Source: Candidatus Cloacimonadales bacterium (GTDB taxonomy: Bacteria > Cloacimonadota > Cloacimonadia > Cloacimonadales > JAFGVF01). Taken from it: DNA of 64,000 nt. Positions 35,969 to 44,920 of the stretch are shown here, one piece after another. Numbering within the stretch: position 1 is the stretch's first letter; each line of letters opens with the position of its first letter. A program made the translations under genes and the position numbers. The stretch lies in contig OY782781.1 in assembly GCA_963678315.1 (NCBI GenBank), positions 2,123,845-2,187,844 on the forward strand, given 5' to 3'. Below the pieces are notes generated by a model that was not told the origin of the DNA, ran no database searches, and was given only the letters and a program-made list of their open reading frames with translations.

Positions 35969-37987
35969 ATGAGATATAGAGAACTATCAATCGAAGAAAT
36001 ACAAAAATTATTTGTATTAAGTAAAGCAGCTGCATATCGAATGACTAAAGCACATGAATGGGATTTCATCAGCGAGACATTAAAGAAAGGTGGAAGAAAG
36101 AAACTATATTTAGTTCCTGCTGATGCAATACCTGAAGAAGAGGAGCTAGCTAGACTAGTTGAGAACTCTTCCCTACCTGATGATGTAGAGTCAGATTTAG
36201 TCGAGTTTGATAATCCAGTAAATGATTTTGTACCACAAATAGTATTTTCACAACATGAACTTTTAAGAGCTCAGTTAAAAGCTGAACTCTGTGAGAAAAT
36301 ATTATCTGAATATAAAAGACTAGGTGTTAAAAAGCATGCTGTTGATGAAGTGTTAGAAGTTTATAACTCAGGACTGTTATTACCAATATTATTCAAACTT
36401 GAAGGCTCTAGGACAGCACGTTCTATTCGTATGTGGCTTAAAGACTATGAAGATAATGGCAGAGACTATAAAGTTCTGATTCGTTTATCTAAAGCATCAA
36501 GTATTAAGAAAGCAACTCTTAAGGAACAGAACTTTTTACTGGGACTATTGTTAGATGCTAACAAAGTTAAGATTGGCACAGCTATTAGGAAGTTAAAGCA
36601 GTTTAGTAGACTTGGAGCTATTGAATCAGACACAAGTGGAAGAGCTCTTAGACGTTGGTGTGAAGAGTGGCGAGATAGTAACATACAACAGTGGAATATA
36701 CTTCGAATGGGAGAAAAATATTCTAAGGACAACTACATATTTAGCCTTACACGTTCAGATGAACTAAACGTAGGCGATGTATGGGTTGCTGATGGTCATC
36801 AACTAGCCTTTGATATTATTGATCCTGATTCAGGAAAGCCTAAACGTATGATGCTTTTACTATTTTTTGATTGGGCAAGTAGATATCCTGTTGGAGCTTC
36901 ACTTGCTAATACTGAAGACTCAGAGCATATCTTACTAGCATTAAGAAATGGTATCCTGCACTGGAATGGCAGACCTAAGTATGTCTATCTTGATAACGGT
37001 AGAGCTTTTAAATCTAAACTGTTCCATCAAAAATGGGATGAGCATAATCTTGAAGATGAATTCTGTGGAGTATTCCCAAGATTAGATATCAAAGCAGAAT
37101 TTGCTAAAGCCTATAATGCTAGAGCAAAGGTTGTTGAGAGATTCTTTAGAACATTCCAAGAAGATTTTGAACGCTCTATGAATACCTTTAGAGGTGCCAG
37201 TATAGCAGATAAACCTGCCTTCTTAATGAGAAACGAGAAGTGGATAAAAAAGCTCAAAAAACGTGAGCCTGTAACTATTGAAGAAGCCAAGAGTATGATG
37301 TCATTCTATTTTCAAGAGATGTATGGAAAAACACCCCATGGTGGACTTGCAGGTAAAACTCCTCTGGAAGTATTTAGAGCTAGTGAAGTACCTGAAGAGA
37401 GAAAGATTGAAGACTCTGAACTTAACTTCTTAATGTTGAAGATTGAGCAAAGGAAAATTAGAGCCAATGGAGTTCAGCTCTTCAGTATAGTCTATTATCA
37501 TGATTATCTCATGAACTATGTTGGGCAAAAAGTTTCACTACGCTATGATTTAATGGATATGCGATCAGTTTTAGTCTATGATAAAAATGGCAAGATTATA
37601 TGCCAGGCTTTAGCTAAGAAGAGTGTTCATCCATTTGTTAAACTTGCTGAGAATGAACCTTTAGCTAAAAAGCAATGGCTTAAACAACTAGCTCATCAAA
37701 GAAGATTAGAGAAAGATGTTAAAGAAAAATCAGCTCTAATCCAAAAGCAAGTTCAAGAGGCAATTTCAGAGTTTGAACTACCAATTCTTAAAATAACAAA
37801 CAGTGCTTTTAATGATTCAAGCATGTTAACACATAAAGCTACTTTTAATCCAAGCATTGACCTTGATAAAATGGCAGAAAGTACAGCACATATAATTTCA
37901 ACATCACAACAACTACCTATTAAAACAATAGAAGAACGAGGACTTGAGAATCTCGATAAAATGCTTAAACAGATCGGTATAGATTAG
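35969..37987 (+). CDS. MuA-like DDE transposase
   Basis: 672 aa. rve-type core with D275 (VWVADGH), D342 (YLDNGRAF), E390 (KVVERFF); the 67/48 spacing is close to MuA D269/D336/E392. N-terminal HTH-like DNA-binding region. Confidence 0.9.
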   Translation: MRYRELSIEEIQKLFVLSKAAAYRMTKAHEWDFISETLKKGGRKKLYLVPADAIPEEEELARLVENSSLPDDVESDLVEFDNPVNDFVPQIVFSQHELLRAQLKAELCEKILSEYKRLGVKKHAVDEVLEVYNSGLLLPILFKLEGSRTARSIRMWLKDYEDNGRDYKVLIRLSKASSIKKATLKEQNFLLGLLLDANKVKIGTAIRKLKQFSRLGAIESDTSGRALRRWCEEWRDSNIQQWNILRMGEKYSKDNYIFSLTRSDELNVGDVWVADGHQLAFDIIDPDSGKPKRMMLLLFFDWASRYPVGASLANTEDSEHILLALRNGILHWNGRPKYVYLDNGRAFKSKLFHQKWDEHNLEDEFCGVFPRLDIKAEFAKAYNARAKVVERFFRTFQEDFERSMNTFRGASIADKPAFLMRNEKWIKKLKKREPVTIEEAKSMMSFYFQEMYGKTPHGGLAGKTPLEVFRASEVPEERKIEDSELNFLMLKIEQRKIRANGVQLFSIVYYHDYLMNYVGQKVSLRYDLMDMRSVLVYDKNGKIICQALAKKSVHPFVKLAENEPLAKKQWLKQLAHQRRLEKDVKEKSALIQKQVQEAISEFELPILKITNSAFNDSSMLTHKATFNPSIDLDKMAESTAHIISTSQQLPIKTIEERGLENLDKMLKQIGID

Positions 37988-37995
37988 GAGATCAC

Positions 37996-38709
37996 ATGCG
38001 AGAATATACCTTAGCAAAAACCAACAACGTAAAAAAAGGCTACGAGCTTTTTGATTATCTAATTAACAGACCTAAAACTGAAATGGTTGGTCTTGGACTT
38101 ATATATGGTCCTCCAGGACTTGGTAAAAGCAGATTTGCACGCCAGACAGCTATTCAAAACAATTATATATATTTCAGATTAGAAGCTACTATGACAGCTA
38201 AAAGCTTTGCTAGTAGGTTACTTGAACGAATATACTTCCATTTTGGAATGCCTAAGATTGGTATAAAAGGAAGTGCTAACCTAATTTTTCAAAAATGCTT
38301 AGATATTTTGAGAAATATTGATAATACAATCATAATTATAGATGAGATAGATTATGCCTTTAAAGACAAAAAGGTTTTAGGCAGTATTCGTGATATTGTA
38401 GATGAAACATTGTCTATCATTATCCTTGTAGGAATGTCAGATGCTAAAGAGAGTCTACTATCAGCTGATGCTCATTACTTTGATAGATGCAACTTCTTCT
38501 GCCAGTTTAAACCACTTGATGTTAAGGATTTAACACTTTTATGTAAAGTGGCATGCGAAGTTGAAGTAGATGATATAGTTATTAAACATATAGCAAAAAG
38601 AACTAAAGGTAATATCAGGAAGTTTATAAAATCACTCTACTCTTTAGAAAACTTAGCTGAAGCTCAAAATCTTACAATTATAAAACCACAACATTTAAGC
38701 TCATTGTAG
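37996..38709 (+). CDS. MuB-like AAA+ transposition ATPase
   Basis: 237 aa. Walker A GPPGLGKS, Walker B IIIIDEID. Lies immediately downstream of the transposase. Confidence 0.85.
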   Translation: MREYTLAKTNNVKKGYELFDYLINRPKTEMVGLGLIYGPPGLGKSRFARQTAIQNNYIYFRLEATMTAKSFASRLLERIYFHFGMPKIGIKGSANLIFQKCLDILRNIDNTIIIIDEIDYAFKDKKVLGSIRDIVDETLSIIILVGMSDAKESLLSADAHYFDRCNFFCQFKPLDVKDLTLLCKVACEVEVDDIVIKHIAKRTKGNIRKFIKSLYSLENLAEAQNLTIIKPQHLSSL

Positions 38710-38718
38710 TAGGTAACC

Positions 38719-39819
38719 ATGGAAATATCTAATTTTAAGAAAGTAAGAAACTTTATTGAGTATTTTGGTAAGCCATTTACCTGCACAGTTGTTGCAGGTG
38801 AAACTGGTTTAACTAAAGTACAAGCGACCAAAGTATTGGGTAGAATGTTAACTAAAGGAATTATTAAAGCCATTTCTAAAGAAGGAAAATACGCTATCTA
38901 CGTTAAGAATAGCGATTATAAAGAATCAAATCTAGTTAACAGCTACAATTTTGAAATAAAATTTTTAAAGAACATTATCAAGAAATTGAAAAGTGGAGAC
39001 TTCACTAGTGCTAGGCAGATAGCAGAATCCCTTGGTTGTGAGAAGAAACGTTTAACACGTTATTTGGTAGCACTCTGTTCTATTGGAATAGTAGATGTTG
39101 TTGATAGACAATATAAAGTCGTTAAAGACATCGATCTACTTCTAGTTGGAAGTAAGTTTGATAAATTAATTTTAAAGAAACTCAAAGCCAAAAACGTTGA
39201 GTTTGAAGAAGGAGTAATAATGGGAAGAAAGGAGAAGATGCTATATGATGCTAATGGAAGAGAGTACCCAGCAAAGATACTTGATCCTCACATCGTAAAG
39301 AGAGATACAGTCGTTAATCGTCTTATGGGTAAAGCTATAAAACTACATGATAAAATTGAATCTGATAAGATTAAAATGGCTGAAGATATTGATAAGTATT
39401 TAACCCAGACAGCTCAGAAGTATGGAGAAGAGTGGAAAGGTAATGCAGAGTTAGTATCTTTTGATGGTAAGTACAAGGTTGAAATTAGACAAAGAGAGCA
39501 TATTGATTTCAGTGAAAAACTTCAAATAGCTAAACAGAAGATTGATGATTGTTTAAAGCGTTGGAGTGAAGATTCAAATATTAATCTTCAGGCTGTTATC
39601 AAAGAAGCCTTTCAAGTTGATAAGAAAGGAGAGATTGCTAAAAGCAGAATCTTAGGTCTTAGACGCTATAACATCAAAGATAAACAGTGGCAACAAGCAA
39701 TGGATTTAATCGATGAGGCTATCCAGGTAACTTCAACTAAACAGTATATCGCCTTTTATGAAAGAGCAAGCAAGGATAAGTCATTCAAGCTTGTCTCACT
39801 TAATTTTAGTGCATTATAG
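38719..39819 (+). CDS. Two winged-helix domains fused to a DUF3164-like (Mu-like prophage) domain
   Basis: 366 aa. wHTH-like segments GLTKVQATKVLGRMLTKGII and SARQIAESLGCEKKRLTRYLVAL. The C-terminal half (FDGKYKVEI..FSEKLQIAKQKIDDCLKRW..AFQVDKKGEI..ILGLRR) matches my recollection of DUF3164. Confidence 0.6.
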   Translation: MEISNFKKVRNFIEYFGKPFTCTVVAGETGLTKVQATKVLGRMLTKGIIKAISKEGKYAIYVKNSDYKESNLVNSYNFEIKFLKNIIKKLKSGDFTSARQIAESLGCEKKRLTRYLVALCSIGIVDVVDRQYKVVKDIDLLLVGSKFDKLILKKLKAKNVEFEEGVIMGRKEKMLYDANGREYPAKILDPHIVKRDTVVNRLMGKAIKLHDKIESDKIKMAEDIDKYLTQTAQKYGEEWKGNAELVSFDGKYKVEIRQREHIDFSEKLQIAKQKIDDCLKRWSEDSNINLQAVIKEAFQVDKKGEIAKSRILGLRRYNIKDKQWQQAMDLIDEAIQVTSTKQYIAFYERASKDKSFKLVSLNFSAL

Positions 39820-39829
39820 ATAATTTATC

Positions 39830-39881
39830 AGCAAAGTGACTGCTCCTAATCCTGGGAGTGTTTCTCTTTGCTTATTTTTTT
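39830..39881 (+). terminator. Possible early-operon terminator
   Basis: AGCAAAG (39830-39836) ... CTTTGCT (39866-39872) followed by TATTTTTTT. The large 29-nt loop makes it a weak call. Confidence 0.4.
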
Positions 39882-39951
39882 GTGGTAACTGTAGGCATCG
39901 AGGTTTGACGATATCCTCTAGTCTGTTTAGATAGCTCCAGGAGATATAAAT

Positions 39952-40164
39952 ATGGTACAAGTTTTTAATGAGAGCAGATGCTACACTCCAGTTGGAGTAG
40001 CAGAAATATTGAGTGTAGATATAAGTACAATCTACAGATTGATAAGAGACATTGATGATCCTCTTCCTGCATTTAGATTAAAGAATAATGGGCAGTTAAG
40101 AGTTCATGGAAAAGAAATCAACAAATACCTAGAAGATCATAAAGTTGATCCTCTTTACGAATAA
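39952..40164 (+). CDS. Small HTH_17/excisionase-family DNA-binding protein (possible middle/late regulator)
   Basis: 70 aa. YTPVGVAEILSVDISTIYRLIRD..LPAFRL pattern of MerR-like excisionase-family HTH proteins. Confidence 0.65.
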   Translation: MVQVFNESRCYTPVGVAEILSVDISTIYRLIRDIDDPLPAFRLKNNGQLRVHGKEINKYLEDHKVDPLYE

Positions 40165-40169
40165 ATAAA

Positions 40170-40553
40170 ATGACTGAAAGGCAGATTGAGTTAGCAAAGC
40201 GTTTGAGAAAGAAGATAGTTATTTTCGCAAAAAATGATCTCCGAATAACTATGGATGAACTTCATTATCAGATGCAAACTTTAGGATATGGAATATCTTT
40301 AAGAGCACTCAATCTGCCTTCTTTAGTTAACTTAAATCTTATCATCCGAGGAAAGCAAAACCATATCTATGAGAATCTTGATCCTCAAGGTAAGAAGATA
40401 TGGGCACTCTATAAATCATCTAATTGGAGTAAAGACCAGTTGTATGCATTTATAGCTCAGAAATTTAGCAAATCAGGAATCAAATATCTAACCAAAAATG
40501 AAAAAGGAACTTTAATTAAAGTCTTACAATCTTATGAACTCAAGAGAATATAA
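40170..40553 (+). CDS. Mu gp16/GemA-like (DUF1018-like) protein
   Basis: 127 aa. Position and weak C-terminal resemblance (QLYAFIAQKFSKSGIKYLTKNEKGTLIKVLQSY) to DUF1018. Tentative. Confidence 0.4.
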   Translation: MTERQIELAKRLRKKIVIFAKNDLRITMDELHYQMQTLGYGISLRALNLPSLVNLNLIIRGKQNHIYENLDPQGKKIWALYKSSNWSKDQLYAFIAQKFSKSGIKYLTKNEKGTLIKVLQSYELKRI

Positions 40554-40995
40554 AATAAAACGTATATCAGCTAAAAAGCTCTATCTTAAGGGTGAAACTA
40601 ATGCAGTAGCACTTGCTAAGATTTATGATGTTGCCGAAAAGACAGTCAGGAACTGGATTAAGAAAGGTAACTGGGAAGCTGAACATGATGAGATAGCATC
40701 TCTTGAAGACAAGATTAAGATAGCTCTTAAGAAGGCTTTAATTAAAGCTCTAACAGAATATGCGAGAGCACCACAAGACACTGCTCTTCAATCTTTAGTA
40801 TCACTGCTTAGACAGTACAAGAAAGATTTCGAACCTACCAAAGACTTTATCGAATATATGAAAAAGTTCTTAGATTGGCTTGTTGATTATTTCTTAACTA
40901 AAAATGATGATGAAATAGCCAGATCAATTCAAAAAGAAATTTTAGGAGAATCTGGTATTGTAGAATATTTTAGAAAGAGAGCAAGTAGTGGTTAA
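40534..40995 (+). CDS. Mu gp27-like (DUF1804-like) HTH protein, probable small terminase subunit
   Basis: 153 aa. N-terminal HTH (AVALAKIYDVAEKTVRNWIKKGNWE). Lies immediately upstream of, and overlaps, TerL. Confidence 0.5.
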   Translation: MNSREYKIKRISAKKLYLKGETNAVALAKIYDVAEKTVRNWIKKGNWEAEHDEIASLEDKIKIALKKALIKALTEYARAPQDTALQSLVSLLRQYKKDFEPTKDFIEYMKKFLDWLVDYFLTKNDDEIARSIQKEILGESGIVEYFRKRASSG

Positions 40996-42532
40996 GATTA
41001 CTCAAAAAGATTATAAGAACTTTTCGGACATTGCTTCCAAAACTTCCAGTGTGAAACCATTTCAAAATGATACACCTACTAAACAGAAGCAAAGAATAAG
41101 AAAGGCTACTGGTGAAAACTGGTCAGCCTTCTCTTATTTTTGTGTAAGTTATTTTCCTCATATTTTCAAACTAGCATTTGTAGATGCTCATCAGGAGATG
41201 TTTGAGATTACTGAAAAGTATAACGGTGTAACATCTATTACAGGTTTTAGAGGACTAGGTAAGACAGTTCTGATGGGTGTAGTCTACCCTATCTGGAAAA
41301 TTATTAAAGGTGAGAGATATATTATTCACACTGCTGCTGATGCAGATTTAGCAGAAGAGAGAACATCATTTACTTATAATGAGTTAACTCAGAATAAAAG
41401 ACTTCAGCTTGATTTTGATGGGATTATGCCAGTTGATAGAGATGAATCAGATTTCTATCTTCAGAACAAGTGCAGAATAAGAGCTAGAGGTATTAAGCAA
41501 TCTTTTAGAGGAAGTATTAACCCTAGAACCTCTACAAGACCAGGACTAGTTATCTGTGATGATATTGATAAAGAGGAAAACATTGGTAATCAATCCATTG
41601 GTAAGAAGAAGATGGATAAGATTATTCAAGAGATTGGTGGAGCATTGAACCCTTCAGGAGATGGTAAAATAATCTGGCTTGGTAATCTAGTACATCCTAA
41701 TTATGCAATCTGTCAATTCCAACAAGACATCATTGATGAGTTAAAATCAGAGATCAAAGAGTTTAATCCAGAGAATGTCAAACATCTCTATGGCTTGGAA
41801 AAGCGACTCTTGAGATTTCCATTAGAGAATCAAGATGCACAAAGCGTCTGGGAAGAACAATATCCAACTGAAGAATTACCAAAGCTGAAGAAGAAGTTTG
41901 GCTTAACAGGATATCAAAGAGAATTTTTAGGAAAACCAGTAATTGAAGGAAACATGTTCAAGTTCCACTGGTTTATGAAATATACTACTATTCCCAAAAG
42001 ATTTAAAAGAATATGGATGTATGCAGATCCTGCTTGGGGAGAAAAAGGTTGTTACAAGGCTATTATTTCTATTGGTTATGATGGTTATAAGTTCTATGTA
42101 CTCCATATCTGGATTAGGCAGACCGAGAACAGTAAGTTCTTTAGTTACTACTATGATGCCTACTCAGAATTATCCAGGAAGTATGGAGTCAGATTTAGAG
42201 CTGCAATTGAGACTAATTTTGGTCAACACAGGATATTAGCTGATTTTGATAGATGGTGTAAAGAGAACAATCGCCATCCAATATCACATAGAATCAGAAG
42301 AATCAACAATGATAAAAATAAAAATCTTAGAATTGAAAGAACAGATACTACAATCGAAACAGGTAAAGTGCAATTTCCAGATGGTCAAGATACTCCCACT
42401 CTTATAAACCAGTATTTAACATATCCAGATGGTTATGTAGATGGCCCTGATGCCTTAGCTGGCTGTTTAGAGAGATTCCCAGAATATGACACTGGAAAAT
42501 CTAGAGTCAGAGTTAGGAGTTTTTCGTTTTGA
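40988..42532 (+). CDS. Phage terminase large subunit
   Basis: 514 aa with a GTG start. Walker A-like GFRGLGKT, Walker B GLVICDDID, and a C-terminal RNaseH-like nuclease half with conserved acidic residues (YADPAWG..., DGPDALAG). Confidence 0.8.
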   Translation: MVKITQKDYKNFSDIASKTSSVKPFQNDTPTKQKQRIRKATGENWSAFSYFCVSYFPHIFKLAFVDAHQEMFEITEKYNGVTSITGFRGLGKTVLMGVVYPIWKIIKGERYIIHTAADADLAEERTSFTYNELTQNKRLQLDFDGIMPVDRDESDFYLQNKCRIRARGIKQSFRGSINPRTSTRPGLVICDDIDKEENIGNQSIGKKKMDKIIQEIGGALNPSGDGKIIWLGNLVHPNYAICQFQQDIIDELKSEIKEFNPENVKHLYGLEKRLLRFPLENQDAQSVWEEQYPTEELPKLKKKFGLTGYQREFLGKPVIEGNMFKFHWFMKYTTIPKRFKRIWMYADPAWGEKGCYKAIISIGYDGYKFYVLHIWIRQTENSKFFSYYYDAYSELSRKYGVRFRAAIETNFGQHRILADFDRWCKENNRHPISHRIRRINNDKNKNLRIERTDTTIETGKVQFPDGQDTPTLINQYLTYPDGYVDGPDALAGCLERFPEYDTGKSRVRVRSFSF

Positions 42533-43407
42533 CATATTTTGATAAGCTTATTTACCAATACTACCAAGTTTTGAACAACTCCTGGAAGAAGGAAATCAAA
42601 GATTCAGCCAAGCAAGCTCTTCAGATGCTAGCAGATATCCCAAAACATGAAAGAATAAATAAGAGCCATATAGACGACATCTTAAACATAATAGCCTCCA
42701 ACATGGGAGAAGACTTTTCATCGCTTGTACGCACCGATACGAAGGCTTTCATCAAAAGAAACCTCCTATTAGGTCTTAGTGATGCCAAGAAACAAGTGCC
42801 AAATAATATATCGATAGGAATATATGGAATCAGAGAAAACAAATTAGAAACTCTCATCACTAAACAAAATCTCTTCTGGATAGGAAATAAGTATGGCACA
42901 GATATCGAAACCAGATTCAAGAACACACTTAAAGAATCGGTATCTTCAGGATTTACCAAAGAGATGCTTGCTAATAAGCTAAAAGAAGAGTTCAAATCTC
43001 TTGGAGATAAGAATCAACACTACTGGCAAGGTTTAGCTGAGCATACAGCCCTTAGAATACGAGAATTTGGAAGATTAGAAGGATATCATAAAGCAGGAGC
43101 TACAGGCTACAGGCTTGTTGTTGTACTTGATGATAGAACATCAGAGATTTGCAGAGCTTTAGCAAGCCAGGACAAAGTATATCCTGTAGATACTGCTATT
43201 GATACTATGAACCAGCTATTAAGCATAAATACCAATAAACACTCCTTAGACACAGTTAGAGAAATGACTAAGCAGATAGCTCCTTGGGTTTCTGATAAAC
43301 AAATAAAAAGAGACCCAACTGGTAATCCAATTGGAGTCTCTGTAAATTATTCACCTTTCCCGCCATTTCATTGGAGATGTAGGACTACTACTGAAATTGT
43401 TTATTAG
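42529..43407 (+). CDS. Phage head morphogenesis protein, MuF/SPP1 gp7 family
   Basis: 292 aa. C-terminal DDRTSEICRAL ... PPFHWRCRTT motif characteristic of Phage_Mu_F. Overlaps TerL by 4 nt. Confidence 0.8.
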   Translation: MTYFDKLIYQYYQVLNNSWKKEIKDSAKQALQMLADIPKHERINKSHIDDILNIIASNMGEDFSSLVRTDTKAFIKRNLLLGLSDAKKQVPNNISIGIYGIRENKLETLITKQNLFWIGNKYGTDIETRFKNTLKESVSSGFTKEMLANKLKEEFKSLGDKNQHYWQGLAEHTALRIREFGRLEGYHKAGATGYRLVVVLDDRTSEICRALASQDKVYPVDTAIDTMNQLLSINTNKHSLDTVREMTKQIAPWVSDKQIKRDPTGNPIGVSVNYSPFPPFHWRCRTTTEIVY

Positions 43408-43411
43408 CAAA

Positions 43412-44422
43412 CTATCCTTTAGTGCAATATTTTATGTATTCTTCTGTAAAACTATTAGATAGTTCTGTATCTTCATAAATAATATCAAATTGGTTACTTA
43501 AATAAGCTCTACACATTGTTTTAACTTCCCTTTGCCCAGCTATATGAATTACTTTCTGCTCAATTTTCAGATTTAATTTTTTTGCAGTATGACTTTGGGT
43601 ACCAATAATAATTCCTCTGTCAACTTTATCTCTAACAAGAATCTCAATCATCCTTTGTTTTACTTGTTTGGTTACCTCTCTATTGTACCAGTTTTTTATT
43701 TCAACATAAATAGCTTCAGATGTAATTGGATCTTCTAGTATTAAGTCTTTTCCTCCATCTTTACTACTAGGTGTAAGAAAAGTTTTATACCCCAATCCTT
43801 CAAATAATTCTGCAAATAAATGTTCAACATTCCTCCAATCTATTTTTTTAAAAATGTTACCATCTCTAACAAGTTCATGAATTAAAGATTTACAAGCATT
43901 CCTAATTATCATATAATATGGAGATTTGTTTAACTCATCATATTTCTCAATAGTTCTTAATAATCCATTCTCCCATAATCTAATTAGTTGGTCATACACT
44001 ATATGTGCTTTTCGTATAAATAACTCTTGGGGGATCTTTTGAGAAAAATCATCAGGTAAGAAGTTTTCTAACAGAATAGAGTTAAGCCTTAAACTATTTC
44101 TAAGCTTTTTGATTTGCAATGGTAATTTATTCTCATTTTCAACATCTAACATAATAACAGTCACAGGAATATCATGTGAAGTAGCATATTGTAACTCAGT
44201 CTCAACTAAGGTATGCCCCCATGCATCTCTAATTGAAGGTAATTCAGACCCTATTATAAAGCCAAAATGATTGGATAAATCAATCAAAGATTTAACATCT
44301 CGTGATTCTTCTCCATTTTTTTCTAAAACTGTATATCCTAATCTAGTTAAAACTTCTCTAACTATGTCTCGAACAAAAGGTGATAGTCCTGTAAAAGGAC
44401 CTGAAATGAATACATTTTTCAA
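43412..44422 (-). CDS. DUF4062 (TIR/NDT-like) N-terminal domain fused to an Mrr_cat-type PD-(D/E)xK restriction-endonuclease domain
   Basis: 336 aa with a TTG start; RBS AGGAG overlaps the stop of the upstream gene. N-terminus: VFISGPF..REVLTRLGY..FIIG..LVETELQYA..IPVTV. C-terminus: WRNVEHLFAELFEGLGY..SSKDGGKDL..IYVEIKNW..GIIIGT. Confidence 0.7.
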   Translation of the reverse strand: MKNVFISGPFTGLSPFVRDIVREVLTRLGYTVLEKNGEESRDVKSLIDLSNHFGFIIGSELPSIRDAWGHTLVETELQYATSHDIPVTVIMLDVENENKLPLQIKKLRNSLRLNSILLENFLPDDFSQKIPQELFIRKAHIVYDQLIRLWENGLLRTIEKYDELNKSPYYMIIRNACKSLIHELVRDGNIFKKIDWRNVEHLFAELFEGLGYKTFLTPSSKDGGKDLILEDPITSEAIYVEIKNWYNREVTKQVKQRMIEILVRDKVDRGIIIGTQSHTAKKLNLKIEQKVIHIAGQREVKTMCRAYLSNQFDIIYEDTELSNSFTEEYIKYCTKG

Positions 44423-44432
44423 ATATTAACTC

Positions 44433-44918
44433 CTAATTTCTTTTATCTATCATATCTTCAATTTCTGCATCCTGAATTTTATCTCTCGCGAAACTTATTG
44501 GAAATAAACTTAATATCAAACTCCAAATTAATAGTAGAGTCTGTATTGATATGAGTGAAAATAATACACCTCTGAATATTAATTTGTAGGAGAAAAGATT
44601 TTTAAATTGGTAAACTAAAGGACTAAAGACACTAAACAGTAAACTAAAAATTATTATCAATGTAGAATAAAGTAATGGTTTTGATAACCTGTCGAAATTT
44701 TCTACTTTTCGATATTTACCATCATATGCTACTTTTAGTAATTCTGGCTGTATAATTGCAATCCAAGCTCCCATTATACCAAATATTATTGCCGATGTTG
44801 TTCTTAGTGATTCAAGGGTTGCAAATTGATTAGAAACTGGAATTTTCATTCCTAGAAAAAAAGAACAAATTGCGATAAGAGTTATCATAACAATAAAAAT
44901 TAATGTTTTTATTTTCAT
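44433..44918 (-). CDS. Small integral membrane protein, four predicted TM helices
   Basis: 161 aa. Hydrophobic stretches at about 5-24, 41-58, 83-103 and 115-140, with a charged C-terminal tail DKIQDAEIEDMIDKRN. 2-nt gap to the upstream gene. Confidence 0.75.
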   Translation of the reverse strand: MKIKTLIFIVMITLIAICSFFLGMKIPVSNQFATLESLRTTSAIIFGIMGAWIAIIQPELLKVAYDGKYRKVENFDRLSKPLLYSTLIIIFSLLFSVFSPLVYQFKNLFSYKLIFRGVLFSLISIQTLLLIWSLILSLFPISFARDKIQDAEIEDMIDKRN

Positions 44919-44920
44919 TA

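Larger units (their letters stand above)
33690..43407 (+). mobile_element. Mu-like transposable prophage: left end, lysogeny switch, transposition genes, early genes, packaging module (right end not in window or lost)
   Basis: Gene order is S24 repressor (divergent), Ner-like, DDE transposase, AAA+ MuB-like, DUF3164, GemA-like, DUF1804-like, TerL, MuF, which is the canonical Mu/B3/D3112 layout. Clustered ATCGTTTTT/AAAAACGAT motifs lie next to the host VOC gene. Confidence 0.8.
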
